This document shows, piece after piece, positions 22,801-34,900 of a stretch of DNA of 64,000 nt (its first letter is position 1; each line of letters begins with the position of its first letter). A model generated the notes under the pieces. It was not told where the DNA came from. It ran no database searches and saw only the letters and a list, made by a program, of their open reading frames with translations. Location of the stretch: assembly GCA_905178155.1 (NCBI GenBank), contig CAJINV010000004.1:1588573-1652572 (forward strand). The letters run 5' to 3'. The position numbers and the translations under genes were made by a program. This DNA is from Amoebophrya sp. A120. Taxonomy: Eukaryota; Protista; Dinoflagellata.

Positions 22801-24665
22801 TGTTTTGAAATTTGTCATGCTCCAACCAGCATGAGAGACTAGATCTGTAATGCTGCTGAACTAGCTCAAACAGCACTACACTACGCGTCCAAATTTGTCA
22901 TGCGAAACAGCCAAAACTTGTGGATTTGTCTAGCCGATTCCCCATCTTGACTATGGGGTGGGTACGTTTTTACATAGGATAGATCGGGAAGTACCCCAAG
23001 GTGAGCCGCGTGTGGCTGCACTCGCTGGCCGCGCAGGGCATCGCGGAAGACATGTGGCACCAGCTGGAAATGTGCAAGGACTCCGGCCTGTTGACCGCCC
23101 AAGAACTCGGCTTGCTCGATATTACAGTGAAAAGTGCCCCCCACCCCAAAGTTGCAAAAATTTGTGATGCGAAGTTTCCAAATGAAAACTTTTTGTCATG
23201 CATGAAAGGAGTATGAATCTTTCTGATGCAGATTCTAGTCGTGTTTCGCATCGCTTACATGACAAGCACCGCTCTTGCTGGGATCTTTTGCAATACAAAT
23301 TTTTGCTATTCACGATCGGAAATCTGTGATGCTGATACATGCAAGAAAGCGAATGCTTCATTTGGAAAGGTTTGCAATACAAATGCTTTCAAGTTCGGGG
23401 GGGGGGGCATTTTTCATTGTAATACTCGACGCCAACGTGTTTCACCTGGTGCTGGACCATCTGGAAGCCTACAGCAACCTGGACCACTTGGACCATATTC
23501 TGCACCTCGACCGTATTACAATGAAAAATGCCCCCACCCCCGAACTTGGGAGCATTTGTGTTGCAAACCTTTCCAAATGAAACATTCGCCCTCTTGCATC
23601 TATCAGCATCACAGGTTTTCAGTCGTGAATAGCAAAAATTTGTATTGCAAAAGACCCCAGTAAGAGCGGCACTTGCCATGCAAGCTATGCGATACACGCC
23701 TACATTCTGCATCAGAAAGATTCATACTCCTTTCATGCATGACAAAAAGTTTTCATTTGGAAACTTCGCATCACAAATTTTTGCAATTTAGGGGTGGGGG
23801 GCACTTTTCACTGTGATAGACCGGGAAAGCAGTTCTAGAGCTGCTTTCGAGCAGCGCGGGCGGGAACAAGCGGGAGCGGAAGCGGTCGGGGGCACCAGCA
23901 CGACATCATCGGCGCTGAAACAAGGAACAACAATACCAAATGACGCAGGTGCAGCATCATCCCCCGTGAGTAGCGCCCCGTCCACCCGACTCTCCGTTCC
24001 CACGACCCAGCACCGACGCACCGTCAGCAAAGATGGCGGAAAGACGGAGGTTTCCATATCCTGAGTAAAAACGTACCCACACCAGAGTCAGGATGGGGAT
24101 TTTGCAACACAAACCTAGGAGTTTTGTGAGTCACGCATGACAAGTTGCACTATGCAGCGTAGTGCAGGTTAGCAAGTGCAGCCGCATCACAGATTCATCT
24201 GCTCATCCTGTTCACAGCATCACAAATTCCAAATAAACACGATGGGATTGGCTCTCATGATGGGGATGCGCATTACAAGTCTGCCTGTCTTCGCAAATCT
24301 GCATTACAACTCTGGTGTGGGTACGTTTTTACTCAGGATATTCCACCCTGGCTGGGTCCATTCGGCCCGTGCAGTTTGACTTCTCCAAGGACAAGGAGCA
24401 GCGAGCCACAGTGCTGAAGATGCGGGAGCGAGTCTCCAAGAGCGTGAACAACCGAAAGTCTTGGCGGGGCGCGATCCAGCGAACCCGCAGCCTAATACGG
24501 TTGGGCGCGGCCAGTACGGTGCAGGCGACAACCTCGGGCGAGGAGGAACTACAGAATGAGAACGGCGAAGAAGTTCAAACAGGGCCAACCACGCAGGAGC
24601 CGGAGGCGGAAGCGAACCCGCTGCAAGCAGCGCTCGCGGAGGAGGAAGAAGTAGACGAGGAGTAA
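16828..24665 (+). CDS. Na+/H+ exchanger (CPA1 family, NHE/SOS1-like)
   Basis: After removing 12 introners: IDPHVLFWVLLPFLLYEDG, LLLAVILSATDPVAVVGALK, LIAGEALMNDATAVVFF, HVSGVLAVV, GGLRGAVGLAMAL (hallmark CPA1 motifs), many TM helices, long C-terminal tail. Start codon uncertain. Confidence 0.92.
17317..17567. mobile_element. Introner, family A
   Basis: TSD AAGAG/AAGAG; reverse orientation relative to 776. Confidence 0.93.
17610..17889. mobile_element. Introner, family B
   Basis: TSD CTGCT/CTGCT. Confidence 0.93.
18044..18322. mobile_element. Introner, family B (second internal subtype)
   Basis: TSD TCCTG/TCCTG; siblings 24057, 36542, 46682 (reverse). Confidence 0.93.
18359..18627. mobile_element. 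Introner, family A
   Basis: TSD GGGCT/GGGCT. Confidence 0.93.
18818..19084. mobile_element. Introner, family A
   Basis: TSD TGCTG/TGCTG. Confidence 0.91.
19331..19566. mobile_element. Introner, family A, left TIR internally deleted
   Basis: TSD CAAGG/CAAGG; reverse sibling of 53175 lacking about 26 bp of TIR. Confidence 0.9.
19637..19906. mobile_element. Introner, family A
   Basis: TSD CCACG/CCACG; splits NDAT|AVV. Confidence 0.92.
21227..21478. mobile_element. Introner, family A
   Basis: TSD GGAGG/GGAGG. Confidence 0.93.
22702..22981. mobile_element. Introner, family B
   Basis: TSD GATCG/GATCG. Confidence 0.93.
23120..23424. mobile_element. Introner, family D (TATTACA[A/G]TGAAAA[A/G]TGCCCCC)
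   Basis: TSD CTCGA/CTCGA. Confidence 0.93.
23514..23818. mobile_element. Introner, family D (inverted copy of 23120-23424)
   Basis: TSD GACCG/GACCG. Confidence 0.93.
24057..24340. mobile_element. Introner, family B
   Basis: TSD TTCCA/TTCCA. Confidence 0.93.
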
Positions 24666-25971
24666 GTAGGTTCCTAGTAGTGCTGCGTTCATATAATTTG
24701 CCTACCCAAAAAATTTTATTTGCAAAGCAAATTTGTTCAATCTGTTATCCTTATCGGCGACTCAACGTCGACGGCTGTCATTTGGACTCGTTGCAAACGG
24801 AGGAACAGGAACTTCGTCCTCGAAGTAGACTACGACCCGATCGACGATTTTTGGATAGCACAAGCACACCTTGAACTGCATGGCAAACAATGTCTGTAAT
24901 TGATCGATTCTACATATTTCTGTTGTGTGATAGTGATGTGTCGTGTGTGCTTTGAATGTCAAGTACCTCTTAAGATGCCTATTAAGCATGATCGCTTGAC
25001 TGAAAATACAAATAGCTCCACCCAGGCAGGCGAAATAGATGCGAATCGACAATGCTGGAGATGGTCCCCGGTTTCTATTCACGAATTTATGCAATGAAGC
25101 ATTCCCCATGTTGCTGGAAGTGATATTGATCCCCCAAATCATTCCTAGTTAGACCACAGCAGCTAAGTACTGCAGTTTCATCGTGCAACGGTGGAAGATC
25201 ATCGCCACGAGGAGCAACTTTTACAGGCTCCATGTTTCATTGCCTTCAAAGGTCGAGAATCGCTTCTGATGACCCTTGATGTTCTTCTGGAACTTAAAAA
25301 AAAAAACGGCTGCGTTCCTTTTCCCGTACACGTTGTCGTGAAATAAGTAAGACGGGCCGTTTCAGTTCCATCCCAGAATTCCCATATTTGACTTTTGGAT
25401 GTGTAGTGTTGCCCGACAAGAAATCATTATCATACTTACATGATGATCTTGACGAAGACAAAGACATCGGAGCTGCTGCCAATCGCTCTTTATGAATTGT
25501 GGCTGTACTATTGTTGCACCCACGACTATTGATGTCGATCTATCTTCTTCGTTCCCCATACCTTTAGCTCTTTCTTGGCGTGCCACTTTTTTGCCGCAAG
25601 AGAGGGGACAACTTCTATGGATACTAACCAACGGGTGTAGCTGCATATTGTGAAATAGATCTACCCGCAGCTCCACCTGGGTACTATATTCATGCAGAAG
25701 TAGAGCGAGGACGCAGAGGATAGCAAAAATGCAGAATAACAATCCGCCCCGCAACTATACTTTTTTTCTACTAAACTACTCGTTTACAACTTCGTGCAGC
25801 TGCTGCTTGTTTTGGATATACAAGACCTCCGGGACTTTATTTTTCAATCTATGATTGAAGTTGAAGACGTCGTCTAGATTTCCGTTTCGGTTTTTGTGGC
25901 TTGATTGTGAAACGCAAACATTACTGCAGCCGTGTAGTTATACGTATATATAATTTAAGAAAAAGAAATTC

Positions 25972-28900
25972 ATGATGATGCAGCACCTTCACCAACGTCC
26001 ACCACGCGGCTCCCACCGTACAGCTAGAAGAACTCCGGCACAATTAGTATGGCTCGCGTTCTTAGTACAAAAATCCTACCTGCTTGCCATTCTACCTTGG
26101 GAGATCTTCACCGCGCGGGGAGTGCGAGTGCCAGTGGTCGACGAAGGGAAGATGAACGGCGGAGCACTGAGAGGTCACACTCCGAATGATCTGGAGGACG
26201 GTGGTTGTCGCCTCGTCGGTCCTGCCGACGACTCGACGCTTCGTTTCGAGTCCAAAGAAGCTTTGGTGGCGCAGCTGAGTTACTTGCTGGCAATGGAGGG
26301 TGAAGAAGATCAGGGACGGGCGCCGGGGATATCCTTTTATAATTTGGATGCTTTTAGTTTGGACAAAAGTGCAAATACTGGCCCACCTCCTCTTGAGCAC
26401 GTTACTAGTACTTGTCATGGTTCGGAGAGCAAGAAGTCCATGTTGGAGGACGACAAATCATGCAAGGAGCTACGACATGGAGTTGCAGGATCCCAGCCAG
26501 CTACAAGAACATCTGCTTCCCCCGCGGCCACAAGTAGACCAACCACAGAGGTGGGTCGTGACAGGAAATTTTGGTGCAAACACGCAACCATCCTCGCCGG
26601 GAAGATTCTCGCGGCACCACTGTGCGCTCTGGGCCTGGTCCCGCTGGCACACGCCTGCCCCGCCTGGGGATGCACGCAGGCCACGTGCCCGGCCACCGCT
26701 GCCGCACTGCACGCCCAGAATTGTGTCCTCCCGTGCGGGGGCTACAAGATGACCGGTCCGTGCTTGGCAGGCGTGATGGCCGCACAGAACACTTGCGTGG
26801 AGGCCACCGCCCTCGGCGCCCAGGCCCGCGAGTTCGCCCCGAAAGCGTGGGCGTTACGGAAAAAATTGCTGACGGACAGCGACGAGGTGGAACTACGACA
26901 AAGAGCAGGACGGAAAATAAACGGAATAGAGGACAAAGACGAATCGAGAACGAGATCACCCGGCCACGACCCTTCTCCCGATCATGAGCCATTGGGGACG
27001 AGTTGTATCCTGAGTGAAAACCACGCTCTCCGTGCGCCATAGTACTCAAGTATAGGGACCACGTGGCTACACAAATAAGCCAGAAGCTTTGGGACTCCCA
27101 CAGGACAAGTTATTGGCTGTTTTGTTGTAAGTGAAGGTTCGCTGCAAGAAGGACAACCGCAACCGGATCAGAAAGCGATCTCCTCAACATCCTGTTTACA
27201 GCATTACAGATTCCAAAAAACGAGAACTGAAAGTGCTTCCCATGGGGATGCCGCGCATTACAAGTGTAGTTCCTGTAAAATAATAATTTGCAAATCTGCA
27301 GGACGAGAACTATGGGGCGGGGACTTTTTTGCTCAGGATAAGAACGAGAAACAAGCTGAAGTCCTTCGAGGAATTCCTACAGCGCCGCTTTCAACTTGAA
27401 TTTCTAGGCGAGCGAGACCCGACAGGAGCCGCGATAGTAGAGATTGGCAGAGGTGGTGGAGTACCGGGACCTCGTTGTAGTGCTCCACTGCAACAAGAAA
27501 TGCTGCTGGGTCCACCTCACAAGCAGCAAGATGAAGCACCAGCGGCAGCTGCTCGCGTCGGAGAACGTAGTTCACGAGAAAATAAATCTGCGCCTTTGAA
27601 GATGTCCTCCGACAGTGTTGGAGGAGGTGTGGGAGTACTATCCTGTAGAAAAAGCACTTTTACATCTACATCTACCCTCCGCACGAAAGACCGCGTGTAC
27701 GACCGCATTCTCAGAAGCGTGGATAAACAAAATCTCCCTTACCTGCAGCGCGAAAGCTACTACTTGCAGAAAAGAAATGCTCGCGCCGGTTCCCGTAGTA
27801 CTAGCTTCGAAGATTCTACTGGAGCTGAAATTGGTATAGTGCCAAGGGAGATGGAAATGAATCGAGATCGTGCGAAGATGGAAATAAACCCAGCACTGGG
27901 AAATATAGCAAATACGATGAACACGACGAGGACAAGCTGTATGAACCCCGGCGAGAGCACCGACATCAACGCCGTAGCTGTAACGCCGCCGGCGCAGCAG
28001 AGCATGACCACATTTTTGCACAGCGCGCCAGCATCCTCGCACCTGTCCGCTGATCATGTCCCCTACGCGGTCGGGGACACTTCTACGCAAGAGTTTTCGC
28101 AAGGCGCATTGACGGCCAACAGTGAACAAATAGACGGTGGGCTCAGCTTACCCACATCAACCATTTTCGCTAGAAGTGCCTCGTCTGTGTTTGAATTTCC
28201 CACCATTCCGCATCCACCCGGTGTGGACGCAGCGGATGAAGGCGCGGATAGTACTACAACACGGGGAAACGCCGAGTCGTTTTCTGCTGGTGCAGGAGAT
28301 GTGCAAGAACACCCGGCTACACAAACGGGGTCGTTGAACCACGACCAGGCGCACCATCCCACAGCCTCAGCGGATGCGGGTGGGCTACGTCTTGGAAGGA
28401 ATAAAGTAGAAGTAGAACCAGTAGGCGCAGGCGATCTTTTTGCAGCTGCTTCTTGTGCTGCGGAAGATGTCGCACATCATCCTGTGCAGCTTTTTTTCGC
28501 GGATGATTCATGCAGCGGCTCTTGTTCTTCTTTGCGAGGAGCAAAATTATCGACGACGCTCTCTGCGGCAAGTGGAGCAGCAGAAAAATCACGGTCGCAA
28601 GAAGCTGCTGGTGCTGCGGCAGCAGCCACAGCTGCCCCCGGGGGCGGCGCACGCCCCCCGGCACCAAGTTGTGTCGATTGGCAGAAGGAGATACACGCCC
28701 ACTGGGCCTCGCTCACCCTGGTCGAGAAAACCCGGGCTGTTCTCGAGGCCAATGCCTTGATCGAAAAGCGCGCGCAGGCGAATATGGCCTTGGGAAACGC
28801 GTGGATGCTGCCAGCAGTGCGGGGCGAGAACAACGAGGACCTTGGGGCGGTCGACCGAAATGCTGCAAGACCCACTAGTACTCGTTGTTGTCCACCTCTA

Positions 28901-31900
28901 CAACGAGCAGCGAAGAAGAAGACGGGAGAAACAGAAAGCAAGGACATCATCACGAAAACGAGCAACCTCAGTGTTACTCCCATAACGCACCCCCTTGCTC
29001 ACAAATGAAAAAACTCCGAAAGGATTCCGACGAGATTACGAAACTGCGAATGAAAATTGCTGCGGAGGAACTTGCCAAAAATACAGTTTTCGAGATATGA
29101 AAAGACGAAACGCTTTTTAAAAAAAAGAAGAAAACAATAACAGCACGCTTTCATTGGTTGAGCAACAAACGCGCTCCGCATTTTTACCCCGCCCGGGGAG
29201 GCGGCGACACTGTAACCTTGACGAAAGCGATTCTCACGACTTTGAAACGGCGATGGTGACGATTTTGAAACGGCGACGGTGACGATGAAACGACTGGGGC
29301 GATAAACTACGCCCGAACTTTTACCCCGCCCGGGGAGGCGGATGATGGAACAAGCGGTCAATCGTAGTCATCTATCCAAAGGCTGATCATGAAGACCAGT
29401 TGGAGCCGTCTTTCTCAGGTTGATAATGAAGGGCAGGCTCGCGACCTAATTAGCTCCAGGCTGTTCCTCAGGGTGTGGCGTTGCTCCTCAGGGTTTTCTA
29501 TGTCAGTTGCCGTCTAAGTCTTCAGGGTTTTCCGTGTCAGAGTCGTCCTCCAGCTCCACGTCGGACTCCGTGTCCGACTCAAGGGATGAAATGCAAAAGC
29601 GTTGGGATCTGGTGGAATGCAAAGCGTCTGTTCAAAACAGTGGCACAGCACCGGGGAAAGAACGACTTCAACTGCACTCGCTGGCTCTCAGATGGAAAAC
29701 AATCTGCCAGATCCATACGCTGGGTGTGGATAACAACACAATGGGATCGTCCGGGGTGCCCGTTCCCGCGCGCGGGGGAGGCGGCGCTGGCGGTCCGTCG
29801 TCTGCCATAGTTGGAAAGCAGCGGCAACAAAGAGTCAATGTATTCAGTTTCTAAAGGGAACAAGTTTCCACAACAAAGCTTCCACAAAAAAGATTCAGTT
29901 TCTAAAGGGAACAAGGCGAGCGAAAGCTATGCTCAAACATGTTTTCAATACAGAAAAGAGACATGAAAAACATGTGTTCAATACAGAAAAGAGACATGAA
30001 AAACATGCGTTCAATACAGAAAAGAGACATGAAAAACATGTGCTCAATACAGAAAAGAGACATGCTTGCAATACAGAAAAGAGCATGCTTCAATACAGAA
30101 AAGAAACAGGATACAAACTGGAAAAGTTTCATCGACAGGAACAAAAAGAACCATGGACACAAAACTCCGGCTCTCCATGGAGGTGGAGTGTACCCGAGCG
30201 CACGGCTATGAAGAGGCAAAATATGTCGGGGCCTACACGTGCGATTTAGATTTTGGACAGGACGACAATAGGACGACGCGCTAAATTTTGAACAGATTGA
30301 GTTTCAAACGCAAGACATGAGCATGACAACCCCTTTGCATGACCAGCCTCCAGACATATTGCAATAGATAAACTTCCAGGCGTTGCATGTTGCACATCTC
30401 ACATGCTCTAAATTCACCTGAGTAATCGATGGGCTTCGAGTTGAGTAATCGATGGGCTTACTTTTTGACAGTCTGTGTCGAAAGAAATGCACGCAAAAAG
30501 AGAGAAGCATTGCCAAAAGAAGAAAACAACCTAAACAAAGTACGCAAATAGCATAAAAAAGTAAACAAATAGAGTACCGCTATATTGCAGGAGTTCTGCA
30601 GTATAAAACATATTGCAGAATGCAGCGGCTCCAAAAAAGCGCGGGGGTTTTTGGCGGCGAGCACCTCCGCTCGGTTCGAAACGATGTTGCCCGCTTTTAG
30701 TTGTTCGTACAATTTACTCGTATTCGGTGCTGCAGCTACTGATATCAAATGTCAAAATGTCTGCGTCTGGGAACTTGTGATGCTGTGCGGCGTATCATGA
30801 GGAGGCGACAATTGCTGGCTCAGCATGAAAAGTTTCTGAGCTTCTAGGTGTTGCCTATTTTGCATGACAGACTACGTTTCTGCATGACAGATTTAAGAGT
30901 CATGCCAGACAAGCATGACAAACTTGCATTCTTCCAGCCCCGGACATTTTTGCATTTGATAACTGAAGCTTACCCCTACGACGGCGGGTGAAATTCAGGC
31001 GTCGCAATACTTTTAAAGGACTTTCAAAAAACTTTGAAAATTTCAAACTTTCTTGGTCGCCCACATGAAAAAAAAACGCAGAAAGTTGCCCGCCGGCTTG
31101 GAAAAAAAAAATCGCCTCTTGGCAGTATGTGGCAGGAAAAAAAAAGTCGGAAACGACGCGCAGACCCAAAAAAAAAGCAGCAGGAGGAGGCTGCGTCTGG
31201 GTTTTCTTTTTTTGCTCTTTGGCCTCATAGCAAAAGGACTGCTCTGCGCTTCATGGGCGCGACAGAAATCGCACACATTTGGTGGGGAGCACTTCATGCA
31301 AAGTCCCCCTGTCCCCTTCCAAAAAAAGAAAGGCGTCGCCCGGTAGTAACTCGGCGAAAAAAATGGCACGGCTGCGGCAGTGGTCTGGCGAAATTTGTTG
31401 CAGCTACGCTTGGCGGCTTTTCGCAATATCAAGCGCCACAGTTACGGCGCGAAACGGGGCCGGCCCCGGGTCCGGCCGCCCATTATGGGCGACCGGCATC
31501 GCGGGATCCGTTTGTAAGCGGCTGCGTTTGGAAGCCGTGTATGAATGAAACGGAAAAATTGCGTAGAGAATACCATGCGGCACGCGCCTCGCACCGGGGG
31601 CACGGTGGGAGTTGGTTCGCCCAAATGGCGCGGTGTTCGGGACGGCCAAAGTGCCCGAATCCGCTCGGGGAACGTGTTAAAAACACAGTCAATTCCCTGG
31701 CCCGATTCTGCCTGCGGCCAGAAAAGTCGCGAGTTTTCCTGCTCAAAAGACTTTGAAAAGACTTTGAAAAAACTTTGGAAAGACTTTGGGAAAAGCGCCC
31801 AGAAGTGCGCGCTTTTTGAAAGCTTCGCCCGATGGTATGGCCAATTTTGGCCATGCAAAAACGGGAACGCTTTTCAAAGTCTTTTCAAAGTCTTTTCGAA

Positions 31901-34900
31901 GTCTTTTCCAAAGTCTTTTCAAAGTCTTTTCGAAGTCTTTTGAAAGTCTTGCGTCTGACTTTGGCGAGGCGGCCGGACCTCAGACTTTGGCGCGGGAAGT
32001 TGGGCCATACCGTCGGGATTCGGCCAGTCGGCCGGGTCCAAAAGAGACAAAGAAGGCCAATTTTGGCCATTTGTGTGCTGCCATGCCCCCGGGGCTGCGC
32101 GCGTGCCGCATGGTATTCTGGGCACCAAATTCGCGGCGCCGCGAAGTTGGAAGGCGGCGCGGCGCATGTGACACATGGGGGGTCGCAGTACCACCGGCGC
32201 TGCGCGCGTGCCGCCTGGGTATCTGGCCGCATCTTTCCTAGCGCCGCCTCCGAAGCGGAAGCAGCTCGCGGCGCCGCGAAGTTGGGGGCATGTGACACAC
32301 GGGGCGTCGTAGTGCCGCCGGCGCGGCATGCGTGCCGCGTTACAATCTGGCAGCGTTTTTCCTTCTGCCTATGCCACGCCCCAAGTGGGCCCACTGCTTT
32401 AACGCGCCGCGCAGTCCCCTACTACAGCAACAAATGGCGACGGAACTTCGCGCGCCCTTTCGCCCTCGCTGTGTTTTTTTCTTGATGTTGGAAAGGGCCG
32501 CGCCCAGCAACGCGCCGGGGGCGCAGCCTCTTACCTAGCGCGCCATCCGGGCAACGGGAAGCGCAGGGGGACAGCGACAGGGCATGGGGCAACCAAAAGA
32601 AGGGCGCCAGCGTGTGGCGCGCGGCCCGCAAGCAAAAGTTTTATCATAGTTCTGCCCAAGTATTTCGGCTGGAGGAAACGCCTGGGCGTCGTAGGTGTAA
32701 GAAGCGTTCTTTTGCGGTGCCGGCTCCCGTTCTGCCACGCGGCTGGGCAGGACGCGACTCGCATTCTTGTTGTGTGTGAGCATAAGACGTTCCTGTTGGT
32801 CCGGCAGCAAGGCGTTGTAAGCTCTGAAGAGTTATCAAGTGCAAATATGTTCGAGTCTGGAAGGATGTGAAACCTGCTTTCTTCTGCATAAGAAGCCTGA
32901 GCGTGCAAATCTTCGTCTTCCAGACCCAAACACATTTGCATTGCATAAAAATGCACCGAACCCTAAGCGCACTCGTTCCCGCACACAGCCATCAGGTATG
33001 CACTGCAAGAGCATCGCACTCGTCGGAGTCTCTTTATGCGCGAATTGCGCGCAAGAGTAGCGAGTGCGATACTTTTGCCAGAAAGCAAGGACATGAGGAG
33101 AAACAGAAAGCAAGGACATCATCACGAAAACGAGCAACCTCAGTGTTACTCCCGTAACGCACCCCCTCCCAAGGCCGGCCGAAAACATCCCACGGCCGGG
33201 CCCGTGCTCGTAGTTAGTCAAATGCACGACGTTGTCACCCATCACAATGAGCAAGAGTCTGTACGTTCACTACCCCGGCCGCCTCCGTCGTGAAGTTTGG
33301 TTGCGGTCGTCGGAGAAGGGCCAGAACCTACAGAAGGAGAAGGAGTTATTACAGCGAAAAAGCCCGCAGCCATCTCAAGACGCGCTGTCTGAGAACAAAA
33401 ACCACGACTGTCCTGCATGACAATTTTGGGTGGTCTGTCGGCTTTTTTAACGGAATAGGTGCGGGCGTTTGACTACTCTGCCCGCCGCGTTCTTTGCCTT
33501 GACGCGGAAAACAACAAGCAGACAGACACCAACCCGACAGACAACAACCAGACAGCAGCAAAACAGCACCCAAAAAACAACAGCCTCCACCGACCTGGCG
33601 CCCGGGCTGCAGCGTCTTCTACCAAAGCGGCAGCGGCAACAGCGCTCAGCAACTTCTGCCGGAACGCCGGAATAAACCCCGCAAATGCCACAAAAGGTAA
33701 CAGGAACATTGGCCCCCGGGCTTTTGTAGTGCGGATTTGACTTCGCAGAAAGATTTTTAATGCAAGAACTGCATTGATTTTTATACGAGTGCGATACTTT
33801 TGCAAAGGATAGCCATTGAGCTGGAGCGGCTCCGGATCCCCACGCAGCCACGCCGTATCCTGTGTGAGTTTTCCCGCACTGCCTCTTCGTGCGGCGCTCA
33901 CGTCGCGAGCCACGTCGGGAAACTGTGCACACAGGATAAAGCTAGTCAGCAGTTTAGGGCCCGGATATGATAGATGGGCGGCGTGAAGGCGTGCAAGGCG
34001 CGCAAGCAAAAGAACAGAACGAGCGTTCCCGCCGATGCATTTGCGGGCCAGAGTCTCGAGCAGCTACAGGCTGCAACAAGAAGAGAAAGCAAGGACATCA
34101 TCACGAAAACGAGCAACCTCAGTGTCGAGGCTCGGCTGCTCAAGCGCGCAGGGTTAATATTGAAGCAGGGAGATGAAAATGAACAACGAGTATCATCTGT
34201 GGATAAAACTCGTCGTCCCGAAGATCTTCTTGATGCACGGAACAAATTAATCCCCTAGAACACCTGGCGCTGGCGCTGAACCAGAAGACGCTGAAAATAA
34301 TTGTATCGAAATTCTAAACGAGAGCTCCTGCGCAACAACTCGCAAGGATCATCTCCTTGCAGAAGAGCATGAACAGTCCCCACCTGCCACTAGTGCAGCC
34401 TCCGCTGTTGTTCCTCTTGCGCGAGACGAAGAAGTAGACGGAAGTGCGGAGGAGGACGCGTTTGATTTCTTAGTTGACATCCTTCGTGCGGACCCGGAGC
34501 AGGACCATGTGGTGGCTCAAGAGGCACGGGGGCACCTTGCGGAAAACAAGAGAGCTACTGCTACACCAGCGGATGCGGATGTGGAAATACAACCAGCACA
34601 CGAACATCAAGAGCATCCAGTACTCGTTTCGCAAGAAAAACTGCGGCAATTTTTGAAAGTGCTGCGTCCCTACTTACGCACACTGGAAAAACGGATCGCG
34701 GTTGCCGGCGGTGGAGCTGCTGCGGTTGAAGATGTTGTAGTTGCCGGTGAAACAGGTTCAAAGGAAAATGATGAAAACGTCGACCACCTCCAGCAAAGAA
34801 CAAGCATCATGACAGTAGAGCCACCTCCTTGCCCGGAGCCGGAGGTGATAGGACTAGCTTCCTCGACGACGACGCACTTCGTACCGCGACCACAGCAAGA

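Larger units (their letters stand above)
28996..33096. mobile_element. Long-TSD insert X3 (4.1 kb, repeat-rich)
   Basis: 71-bp direct repeats 28925-28995 / 33097-33167 (1 mismatch). Confidence 0.75.

Noticed and set aside
29895-30284. ORFs with HVFNTEKRHEK / CFSCLFSVLN repeats
   Set aside because: By-product of the 33-bp minisatellite being open in multiple frames.
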